Below are positions 1 through 7,411 of a stretch of 16,989 nt of DNA, piece by piece. The stretch spans positions 1 to 16,989 of the forward strand of contig JBGGMM010000084.1 in the NCBI GenBank assembly GCA_041288045.1. The letters run 5' to 3'. The notes under the pieces are model-generated. The model was not told the DNA's origin and did no database searches. It worked only from the letters and a program-made list of their open reading frames with translations. Numbering within the stretch: position 1 is the first letter of the stretch; each line of letters starts with the position of its first letter. A program made the translations under genes and the position numbers. Source of the DNA: Pseudobdellovibrionaceae bacterium. GTDB lineage: Bacteria; Bdellovibrionota; Bdellovibrionia; Bdellovibrionales; Bdellovibrionaceae.

Positions 1-1
1 C

Positions 2-745
2 AAAGAGCTTAAATACTCAGAAGGCAGTGCTTGGCGAAGAATTTCTGCTATGAAAGTTTTAAAAGAAGTGCCAGAGATCAAAGATAAAATAGAATCCGGA
101 AAACTAAATCTCACTCAGTTAAATATGGCAAGAACTCACTTTCGAGAGGTCAAAGCCTCAAAGGTAGAAAAGAAAGAGATCTTACTCACTCTTGAAAATC
201 AAAGCACGAAAACCACAGAAAGACTCTTAGCTGAATGCAAACCAGAAGCGGTGATTCCAAGACCCCTCATTCAAGAAAAAGCTCTTAAAGGACAGAAGTT
301 AGAAGTGACTTTGATTCTGGATGAAGAGCTTCAAAAGGAACTGGAAGAGATTCAAGTGCTTTTAGAAAAACCGCTTTCAAAGCTTGAGCTCTTAAAGCTC
401 ATGGGAAAATAGAAGCTTGAAAGCTTAAGAAAACAAGAACAAAAACGCAAAGCGCAACCGCTGCGAAGTCAAACTGCAGTAAAAACAAGATCTATTTCTA
501 AACTGACAATTAGAGAACTCAAAATAAGAGATCAGCATCAATGTCAGTACCTGGATCCTGAAACAATGAAGCAATGCCAAGCTCAGTTTTACCTTCAAGC
601 TGAGCACATTGTTCCTTTTGCCAAAGGTGGAACCCATGAGCTTAGCAATCTGGAGCTCTTGTGTCCGGCTCATAACAGGCTTCGAGCTGTTCAGCAGTTT
701 GGAATCAAGAAGATGAAAAACTATCTGCCAGAGCTTGGGTCATGA
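2..745 (+). pseudogene. HNH endonuclease gene (helical N-terminal region plus C-terminal HNH domain), 5'-truncated by the window edge, with one in-frame TAG at 410-412
   Basis: Frame 2 is open from base 2 (KELKYSEGSAWRRISAMKVLKEVPEI...) to TAG 410-412. It then continues in the same frame (KLESLRKQEQ...RDQHQCQYLDPETMKQCQAQFYLQAEHIVPFAKGGTHELSNLELLCPAHNRLRA...) to TGA 743-745. EHIVP..GG....NL..LC..HN is an HNH signature. Confidence 0.85.
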
Positions 746-836
746 ATAAGAGATGAACATCGACCTGCTTTTGCGGCGGCAGATAGACACCGATTCAGTG
801 GTTTTAGATATTGCATGGAATGTCTGAAAAAGAATT

Positions 837-913
837 TGGGGTGACTGACGGGGATTGAACCCGCGACACCGGGAATCACAATCCCGTGCTCTACCAACTG
901 AGCTACAGCCACC
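837..913 (-). tRNA. tRNA-His (GUG) with encoded G-1 and CCA
   Basis: Reverse complement GGTGGCTGTAGCTCAGTTGGTAGAGCACGGGATTGTGATTCCCGGTGTCGCGGGTTCAATCCCCGTCAGTCACCCCA folds into a cloverleaf with anticodon GTG, T-loop TTCAATC, a G-1:C73 pair and a 3' CCA. Confidence 0.97.
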
Positions 914-937
914 ACAGGTAGGAACTTAAGGTTCACT

Positions 938-966
938 GTTATAATCGCAAGCGCGAGGACCGGCAA
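938..966 (-). promoter_or_regulatory. Putative sigma70 promoter for tRNA-His
   Basis: Minus strand TTGCCG (966-961), 17 nt spacer, TATAAC (943-938), about 25 nt upstream of the tRNA. Confidence 0.6.
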
Positions 967-1158
967 GAGCTTTTCTTGCCGAGAAAATGCATAAAGTTTC
1001 CGCAGGCTTAGATGGGCTGGCGAAAGTCGCCAGTCAGGCTGTTAAAACATCTTCGCCCATGGGTCTCGCGCAATCCTGAAAGGCCTCTGGCATGTCTTCC
1101 ATCAGCCATCATGGGCCAAGCCTTGCTATCCCTCCCCGGCTCGAGCACGCTTATTGGA

Positions 1159-2076
1159 ATGGACTTCGGTAAAGTTCCCTCGCCTTGGCTTTCCAAGATT
1201 GATTTTAGTATTCCTTCACAGGATCCGCGGACCTGGTTGCAATTTCGTATGCATGGCGAGAAAGATGGCCTCCGTGTCGGCATTGGCTGCCCGGTGTGGG
1301 GAGTGAAAGATTGGCTGGGCTCTGTGTATCCCAAAACCGCCGATCCCAAAGACTTTCTGTTTCACTACTCCAGACAATTCAACTCCATCGAACTCAACAC
1401 CACCCACTACCGAATCCCCGATCTGCCCACCATTCGCAAGTGGCGAGACACCGTCCCCGATGATTTCCGCTTCAATCCCAAATTTCCGCAAGAGCTCTCG
1501 CACCGCTACCCGCTCTCTCCGCAAGTGCCAGAATTCAAAGAATTTGTTCGCAGTATGATGGGCCTTGAGGACAAATTGGGAATCACTTTCTTGCAATTGC
1601 CCCCGCATTTCAATCCGGATCACTTGCGCGAGCTGCGAAATTTTCTTTTCGCATTGCCAGTGGATTTCCCAGTCGCTGTCGAAGTCAGGCACCCGGCTTT
1701 TTTTCACGAGCACATGCTGATCGATCCTCTGTACGACATCCTGGTGAAAGCCGGAGCCCACACTGTGATCACCGATGTGGCCGGACGCCGAGACGTGCTG
1801 CACACGTCACTGACCAGCCTCAAAGTCATGGTTCGCTTCATTGGCAATGATTTGCACCCCACCGATCAAACTCGAATCCAAGACTGGGTGAATCTGCTGC
1901 ATCACTGGATTGAGCTCGGCTTGAAACAGGTCGAATTTTTCATTCATGAACCGGCCGATCGAAACGCCCCGCATTTGATTTCGCAATTCACGGATTTGAT
2001 GAATGAAGAATGCAATCTCAGAATTCGAAAGTGGAAGCCTGAAAAAACAGCCGAACAGCTGATGCTTTTTAGTTAG
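1159..2076 (+). CDS. DUF72 (YecE-like) family protein
   Basis: Motifs IGCPVWG..DW.G..YP, YSRQFNSIELNTTHY.IP, FLQLPP.F and AVEVRH. Start placed at ATG 1159 (MDFGKV) rather than 1012, because the upstream extension looks non-coding. Confidence 0.88.
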   Translation: MDFGKVPSPWLSKIDFSIPSQDPRTWLQFRMHGEKDGLRVGIGCPVWGVKDWLGSVYPKTADPKDFLFHYSRQFNSIELNTTHYRIPDLPTIRKWRDTVPDDFRFNPKFPQELSHRYPLSPQVPEFKEFVRSMMGLEDKLGITFLQLPPHFNPDHLRELRNFLFALPVDFPVAVEVRHPAFFHEHMLIDPLYDILVKAGAHTVITDVAGRRDVLHTSLTSLKVMVRFIGNDLHPTDQTRIQDWVNLLHHWIELGLKQVEFFIHEPADRNAPHLISQFTDLMNEECNLRIRKWKPEKTAEQLMLFS

Positions 2077-3020
2077 TAATCACACATTCCAACCAAAGCC
2101 TTGGCAGAGCAGCGGCTCTGACTGGATGAGAGCTCCATTCGATCCGCCCATTCGCCATTGGCATTGCATCGCATGCGCACACAGACGGCACCCTTATCGG
2201 TTTGGCAGCTTTTCGCTGATTTCGAATTTTTCTCACAGACCCAAGCGCACTGGTTCAGCTCACCCAACGGCTTGGCGCAAATTTGACTGGAAAGCTTTTT
2301 CTTTTCGGAAGGCTTCTGCAGCGCCTTCAGTTTGGCCTCTTCTTTTTTCTGGAAGGATTTCATTTCAGCTTCCGGAATTTTTTGGACTTCGGAAAGCTTT
2401 CCCTTTGCGACTTTGCGACCTTTTAAGAGCACATCAAAACCCGGCTCACCGTTTTCAAGCACCCCTTGAAAAGAAGCCCTTTCTCCCATTTTCAAAACCA
2501 CCGAAGCTTCATTTTCAAGTCCGCGAAAAGCTGTCTCTCCAGAAAACACCGACAGTTCAACCTGCGGAATTTTCGGATCGTAACTGAGAATGTAATCCCC
2601 GACCGGCAAAACGCTTTCATAAATCTGAGCTGAAATTTTCCTTTCACAATGGCTCTGACACAAATAACGGATTTTGCCTTTTATCAAGATCACCTCTTGG
2701 ACCCCGCCGTCCTCCCAAGTGATGGCCGGCAAATTCACTTCGGTGTTGGGTTCGAGCAGCAAAGTCGCCTTTTCATGCAGCGCCAAGCGAAGCTCCCCCT
2801 TCTCACCGGTTCGCAGCCAAGCTTTGTCCTTCAGGCTCTGACCCACTTTGAGGGCTTTTTGCTTCTCTGAATACTGCGGAGATTTGGCTTTGATTTCAAT
2901 TTGCGATTCGACTTGAAAGACCGACCCTTTGACTTCTTGCACCCGGGGATAGCGAATTTTACTTTTAGAAAAAGCCCAAGGCCCACTCAGAATAAAAGCC
3001 AGAACAACAAAAAGTTTCAT
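2073..3020 (-). CDS. Secreted FecR-like domain protein with a C-terminal 8-Cys domain
   Basis: Signal peptide MKLFVVLAFILSGPWAFS. FecR-like pattern LKVGQSL....LRTGEKG.L.L.L......LLEPNTEV...L..GKI. Start at 3020 overlaps the GT2 stop (ATGA). Confidence 0.7.
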   Translation of the reverse strand: MKLFVVLAFILSGPWAFSKSKIRYPRVQEVKGSVFQVESQIEIKAKSPQYSEKQKALKVGQSLKDKAWLRTGEKGELRLALHEKATLLLEPNTEVNLPAITWEDGGVQEVILIKGKIRYLCQSHCERKISAQIYESVLPVGDYILSYDPKIPQVELSVFSGETAFRGLENEASVVLKMGERASFQGVLENGEPGFDVLLKGRKVAKGKLSEVQKIPEAEMKSFQKKEEAKLKALQKPSEKKKLSSQICAKPLGELNQCAWVCEKNSKSAKSCQTDKGAVCVRMRCNANGEWADRMELSSSQSRCSAKALVGMCDY

Positions 3021-3784
3021 TTTTGAATCCCCTTTTGTTTTTTCATTTGAATTTCCCAAAGCTTGGCCTGTCGGAGAAAAATCGAATAAGCCGCACTGAC
3101 AGAAATCATAAAACCAGGAAGTCCGTCGAGAAAACCTTTTTTCAGAAAATAAGTCTCCATGAATTTCGTCCAAGGCTTCACGACGAGCCTCAAAAGATGA
3201 AATCTCTTTCCAGCTGCAAAATCTTTCTCTGCCAAAAGCCCCGAATAGCGATTGTTGGTTTCAACCTGCGCTGCCAAATTCTCAAACACATAATGGAAAA
3301 TCGGATGATTCAATTTTTTCTCATGCGGGGCCACCACTCGTTCATGAATGGAAGCTTCGGGCCAATTGGAAAACCGGCGGTTGTAAAGTCGCAATTGATA
3401 GTCCGGATACCAGCCACCATGATCAATCCACTTTCCCAAATGAAAAGAGCGTCTGGGAATCTCATAGCCCGTTTTTTCAGCCAAAGAAGAAAATCCATTT
3501 TGAATTTCTGCTGCCAGCTCCGGCGACAGCGCTTCATCCGCATCCAAAGAAAGAATCCAATCCTCTTTGGCCTGCAAAGACCCCCAGCGCTTTTGCGCCC
3601 CAAATCCCAGCCATTCTTTTTGCAGGACCCGAGCTCCCAAAGAAGCTGCAATCTCACAAGTCCGATCTGCACTTCCGCTATCAATCACCAAAATCTCTGA
3701 GGCAAAAGGCACCGAGCGAATGCAACGCTCAATGTTGCGCTCTTCATTCAAAGTGATGATCATAAGTGAGAGGGGGTATTTCAT
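3017..3784 (-). CDS. Glycosyltransferase family 2 (KdtX/WaaE-like LPS core glucosyltransferase)
   Basis: LSLMIITLNEERNIERCI, VIDSGSADRT, GFGAQK, WILSLDADE (DxD), WYPDYQLRL and GFLDGLPG motifs. Alternative start at 3796. Confidence 0.9.
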   Translation of the reverse strand: MKYPLSLMIITLNEERNIERCIRSVPFASEILVIDSGSADRTCEIAASLGARVLQKEWLGFGAQKRWGSLQAKEDWILSLDADEALSPELAAEIQNGFSSLAEKTGYEIPRRSFHLGKWIDHGGWYPDYQLRLYNRRFSNWPEASIHERVVAPHEKKLNHPIFHYVFENLAAQVETNNRYSGLLAEKDFAAGKRFHLLRLVVKPWTKFMETYFLKKGFLDGLPGFMISVSAAYSIFLRQAKLWEIQMKKQKGIQK

Positions 3785-3814
3785 CACTTTGACCATCTCA
3801 GGCTCGATTCTGAC

Positions 3815-3843
3815 TTGTCAATAAGCCACAAGCTTTTTAACAT
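3815..3843 (+). promoter_or_regulatory. Putative sigma70 promoter for the beta-barrel gene and mreB
   Basis: TTGTCA (3815-3820), 17 nt spacer, TAACAT (3838-3843). Shine-Dalgarno GGAGG at 3871-3875. Confidence 0.55.
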
Positions 3844-3879
3844 TTGATGAATTTCAATATTGAGACATCCGGAGGATCT

Positions 3880-4485
3880 ATGAACTGGAAATTTCCGCTT
3901 CTTTTCACCCTGACAATGGCCGCTTCCCAGGCTTGGGGCTTTATGACGACTCAAGAAAGCAATGACATCACTCCCAAAGGTCAATTCAAATTGGGCTTTG
4001 AACCACAAATGAGACTGAGCGATGGCGGCGGTGCCAATTTCAGCGGCTTTTTCGATCTGCCTGTCAATGAGGAAATGAGCGCTCGCGCCAATTTGGGGTC
4101 TGGCGAAACGGACTTCCATGCCGGCGGATCTTTCAAATGGGTTCCCATCCCGGACTATGGGAATCAGCCCTCATTGGGCGGCAAAGTGAGCTTGATTCAT
4201 TGGCGAGAATCCAGTGACAGCTTCATGACCCTTCGTCTTGAACCCATTGTCAGTAAAAAATTTGAAAGCCAGAATGGAACTTTCATTCCCTACGGCGCCT
4301 TGCCTGTGATGTTTAACAGTGGCAATGACAATAACAAAACAGGGATCCAGGTCGTGGCTGGTTCCGAATACAGACACCCCCATGCAGACAACATGACCTT
4401 CGGAGCTGAACTGGGTCTGACTGCAAAAGATTCCTTTTCTTACATTTCTGGGTATGTGACAATTTATCTGGAAGACAATCGATAG
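3880..4485 (+). CDS. Exported protein, probable small outer-membrane beta-barrel
   Basis: GGAGG precedes ATG 3880. Signal peptide MNWKFPLLFTLTMAASQAWG. Alternating Gly/aromatic amphipathic strands (FHAGGSFKWV, IQVVAGSEY, YISGYVTIYL). Confidence 0.65.
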   Translation: MNWKFPLLFTLTMAASQAWGFMTTQESNDITPKGQFKLGFEPQMRLSDGGGANFSGFFDLPVNEEMSARANLGSGETDFHAGGSFKWVPIPDYGNQPSLGGKVSLIHWRESSDSFMTLRLEPIVSKKFESQNGTFIPYGALPVMFNSGNDNNKTGIQVVAGSEYRHPHADNMTFGAELGLTAKDSFSYISGYVTIYLEDNR

Positions 4486-4491
4486 GAATTT

Positions 4492-5532
4492 ATGTTCAGC
4501 TTTTTCAAGGATGAAGGCCTCACTGTTGCCGACTATTACGTCGATCTCGGCACAGCCAATACTCTCATAGCTGCCAGAGGAAAAGGCGTGGTCGTCAATG
4601 AGCCCACGCTGATCGCTTACTCCGAAGTCAGCCCCGGCAAACGCAAAGTCGTCGCCGTCGGCCTAGACGCTCGAGACAAAGTCACCAAAACCCCCGGCAA
4701 TCTCACAGCTCTAAGACCTTTGAAAGACGGAGTCATTGCCGATTACGACACCACGGAAACCATGCTCAAATATTTTTTCAATCGTCCCGGGATGAAGGGG
4801 CTTTTCAACAAACCCCGAATCGTCATTTCACTCCCCTACGGAGTGACCGAAGTTGAAAAAAGAGCTGCCATCGATGCCGGCAAAGCGGCGGGTGCCCGGG
4901 AAGTTTACTTGATCGATGAACCCATGGCCGCAGCGATTGGCGCAGGCCTGCCAGTGAAAGAAGCCAAAGGCTCCATGATCATTGACATCGGTGGTGGTAC
5001 GACCGAAGTCGCAGTGATCGCTCTGGCTGACATTGTCTACTGCCAAGCCGTGCGCATTGGTGGACATAAATTTGATGAATCCATCATCAACGCCATGAAA
5101 AAGAAAAAAACACTGATCATCAACGAAACCACAGCCGAAAATCTGAAAGTCAGCATCGGCACCGCTTGCCCGAAAAAGGATATCAAATCCATGTCCGTCA
5201 CAGGCCGAGATTTTCATTCAGGCCTGATGAAAACAATGGAAGTCTCTTCAGAGGACGTCGGCAACGCCATGGACGACGACATTCAACACATCATCAATGC
5301 CATTCATTTGGCTTTGGAACAAACCCCGCCCGAACTGGTGTCTGATATCATTGAATCCGGAATTGTGCTGGCTGGTGGTGGCGCTTTGATTCGCGATATC
5401 GATATTCGAATTCAAAACGAAGTGCGCTTGCCAGTGCGAATTGCCCATGAGCCTTTAACCACCATCGCTCGCGGTGGCGAAAAAGTACTGGAAGACCCAG
5501 CTTTGCTTGAAAAAATCCAACTGCAAGTTTAA
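4492..5532 (+). CDS. mreB: Rod shape-determining actin-like ATPase, MreB family
   Basis: DLGTANT, NEP, RPLKDGVIAD, TEVEKRA, EPMAAAIGAGLP, DIGGGTTEVAVI, LEQTPPELVSDI and GGGAL motifs. Confidence 0.95.
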   Translation: MFSFFKDEGLTVADYYVDLGTANTLIAARGKGVVVNEPTLIAYSEVSPGKRKVVAVGLDARDKVTKTPGNLTALRPLKDGVIADYDTTETMLKYFFNRPGMKGLFNKPRIVISLPYGVTEVEKRAAIDAGKAAGAREVYLIDEPMAAAIGAGLPVKEAKGSMIIDIGGGTTEVAVIALADIVYCQAVRIGGHKFDESIINAMKKKKTLIINETTAENLKVSIGTACPKKDIKSMSVTGRDFHSGLMKTMEVSSEDVGNAMDDDIQHIINAIHLALEQTPPELVSDIIESGIVLAGGGALIRDIDIRIQNEVRLPVRIAHEPLTTIARGGEKVLEDPALLEKIQLQV

Positions 5533-5535
5533 TTC

Positions 5536-6480
5536 TTAAAATGCTTTTCCAAGCGCAAAATCTTTTTTAAGCAGAGCCAGAAGTTCTTTCGCTTTGGGAC
5601 CAACAACGCCGCCCGAAATCTTCTGCTCTTCAAACTGCACCACGGGCAATACATCTAATGTGGTTCCAATCATGAAGACCTCTTGGGCTTTCAATAAATC
5701 CGCTTCGCTGAAATTTCTTTGCTCCACCGAATATCCCGCTGCTTTCGCTAGCTCAAACACCCGAACCATGGTGGTGCCACGAAGAATATTGTCAAAATGC
5801 GGATGCACCAAAATCCCCTTTTCATCGACAATCGCGATGTTTTCTGTGGAACTTTCAGCGACAAAATTTTTCGCATCAAAGCCAATGGTGAAATCCAATC
5901 CTCGGTCGACGGCTTCTTTTTTCATCATGACGTTCGGAAGATAGTTGCAGGATTTCACTTGCGCCATCCAGGACTCTTTCACTGGAATGCGGCTTTTGCC
6001 AATTTTCACTCCCTGCAAATAAGCTTCCGCTTTCGGAGTGCGCAGGTCAGTGATGGCCACATACATTTGGCTGGCCACAGAGTCATAGGGATTGGTGGTA
6101 AATCCCCCTGGACCTCGGGAAACAAAAAGCCGAATCAGAGCTTGAGGTTGCTTTGCCACTTTCAAAGTCTGGAAGATCAAATCTTCGATTTGCGAAAGAG
6201 AGAAAGGCAGTGTGATCCCAATGCGAGAAGCTGAAATTTCAAGCCTTTTTAAATGGGGCTCCAACAAAAAAACTTTAGCATCCACGGCCTTCAGAGCTTC
6301 AAAGACGGCATCCCCCCGATGTACCATATGATCATCCATGGGCACGATCATCAAAGCGGGATCCAAGGTGATCCCACCTAGCCATGTTGAGAAGAAAGCA
6401 TGATATTGAGTCCAGAATGGATTTTTCTGAGCTTTTAGTTTTTGCATCACGGCTTCAGAGTCTAGGATGGGAATATTCAT
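5536..6480 (-). CDS. PLP-dependent class IV aminotransferase (D-amino-acid transaminase / aminodeoxychorismate lyase-like)
   Basis: HRGDAVFE, HLKRL..SA, VSRGPG, catalytic Lys in KSCNYLPN, ESSTEN, ILRGTT and EVFMIGTT. SD GAGAGG upstream. Confidence 0.9.
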   Translation of the reverse strand: MNIPILDSEAVMQKLKAQKNPFWTQYHAFFSTWLGGITLDPALMIVPMDDHMVHRGDAVFEALKAVDAKVFLLEPHLKRLEISASRIGITLPFSLSQIEDLIFQTLKVAKQPQALIRLFVSRGPGGFTTNPYDSVASQMYVAITDLRTPKAEAYLQGVKIGKSRIPVKESWMAQVKSCNYLPNVMMKKEAVDRGLDFTIGFDAKNFVAESSTENIAIVDEKGILVHPHFDNILRGTTMVRVFELAKAAGYSVEQRNFSEADLLKAQEVFMIGTTLDVLPVVQFEEQKISGGVVGPKAKELLALLKKDFALGKAF

Positions 6481-6542
6481 TTGCGCCTCTCTCGGAGAAT
6501 TTGAAACAATCCTCTTATCCAGTCTAAATGAAGGAGCCTTTC

Positions 6543-7394
6543 ATGAGAAAGAGTTTTTACCCTTTAATCGCCCTCACAGTTTTCTCTCTTGGCTGTTCTG
6601 TGAAGACCGTTCAACGCGAACCCAATGCGGCCGATCCGAATCTCTCCACTCCACCGACTCCAGCACCTGCGAAAGTGGAAACAATCCCCCAGCCTGTTCC
6701 AATGGTAGAGCCACTTCCCGCAACTGCTGCCGCTGAAGAAGAACCAACTCCGGCACCGACTCCACAAGCTCATCATCCTGAAGCGAAAGGCGTCCCAGCA
6801 GAGAAAGCTTTGGGATGGTTGAAAAACGGTAACACTCGCTTTCAAAAAATGTCGCTTCGAAAAGACGGCCAATCGCCCAAAGATGTGAAGCGCCTTTCGT
6901 CAGGACAAACTCCCCACAGCATTGTTCTTTCTTGCAGTGACAGCCGCGTTCCTCCTGAACTTGTTTTTGATCAAAAATTAGGGGAAATTTTCGTGGTTCG
7001 AAATGCCGGCGAAATCCCCGACACAGCTTCCATTGCCAGTATTGAATATGCTGTGGAGCATTTAGGCGCCCAGCTTCTTGTCGTGATGGGTCATACCTCT
7101 TGTGGAGCTGTGAAAGCGGCTCTTTCCACCATGGATGGCAGCGATGCAGGCAGCCCTTCACTGAATGCTTTGGTCCAAGACATTCATCCACGCCTCAGTG
7201 AATTCAAAGGCCGTGCGCCGGCTTCAGCTTCCGCAAATGTGGAAACAGAATCTTGGGCCAATGCCGATGGCGTGGTTCGGGATCTGCTGAAACGCTCGCC
7301 TTTGATTCGCGCCAAAGTGGCTTCTGGTGAGCTGAAAATCCAAAGCGCGCTCTATCATTTGGACAATGGAAAAGTTGATTTTGACCACGAATAA
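6543..7394 (+). CDS. Beta-class carbonic anhydrase, predicted lipoprotein with a Pro/Ala-rich linker
   Basis: SD AAGGAG at 6531-6536. Lipobox FSLGC. LKNGN.RF, Zn ligands CSDSR and GHTSCG, plus GEIFVVRNAG and SIEYAV. Confidence 0.92.
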   Translation: MRKSFYPLIALTVFSLGCSVKTVQREPNAADPNLSTPPTPAPAKVETIPQPVPMVEPLPATAAAEEEPTPAPTPQAHHPEAKGVPAEKALGWLKNGNTRFQKMSLRKDGQSPKDVKRLSSGQTPHSIVLSCSDSRVPPELVFDQKLGEIFVVRNAGEIPDTASIASIEYAVEHLGAQLLVVMGHTSCGAVKAALSTMDGSDAGSPSLNALVQDIHPRLSEFKGRAPASASANVETESWANADGVVRDLLKRSPLIRAKVASGELKIQSALYHLDNGKVDFDHE

Positions 7395-7411
7395 TTGATA
7401 CTCTCACGCGC

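Noticed and set aside
410..412. Genome-wide TAG reassignment
   Set aside because: TAG ends DUF72 (2074-2076), the barrel gene (4483-4485) and trmO (11018-11020) at natural positions, and no other gene has an internal TAG.
721..966. 81 aa minus-strand ORF
   Set aside because: It is a translation through the tRNA-His gene.
1012..1158. N-terminal extension of DUF72, and similar long starts at 3173, 12128, 13477 and 13869
   Set aside because: Downstream starts give signal peptides, SD sites or proper gene junctions. The extensions overlap other genes or non-coding structure.
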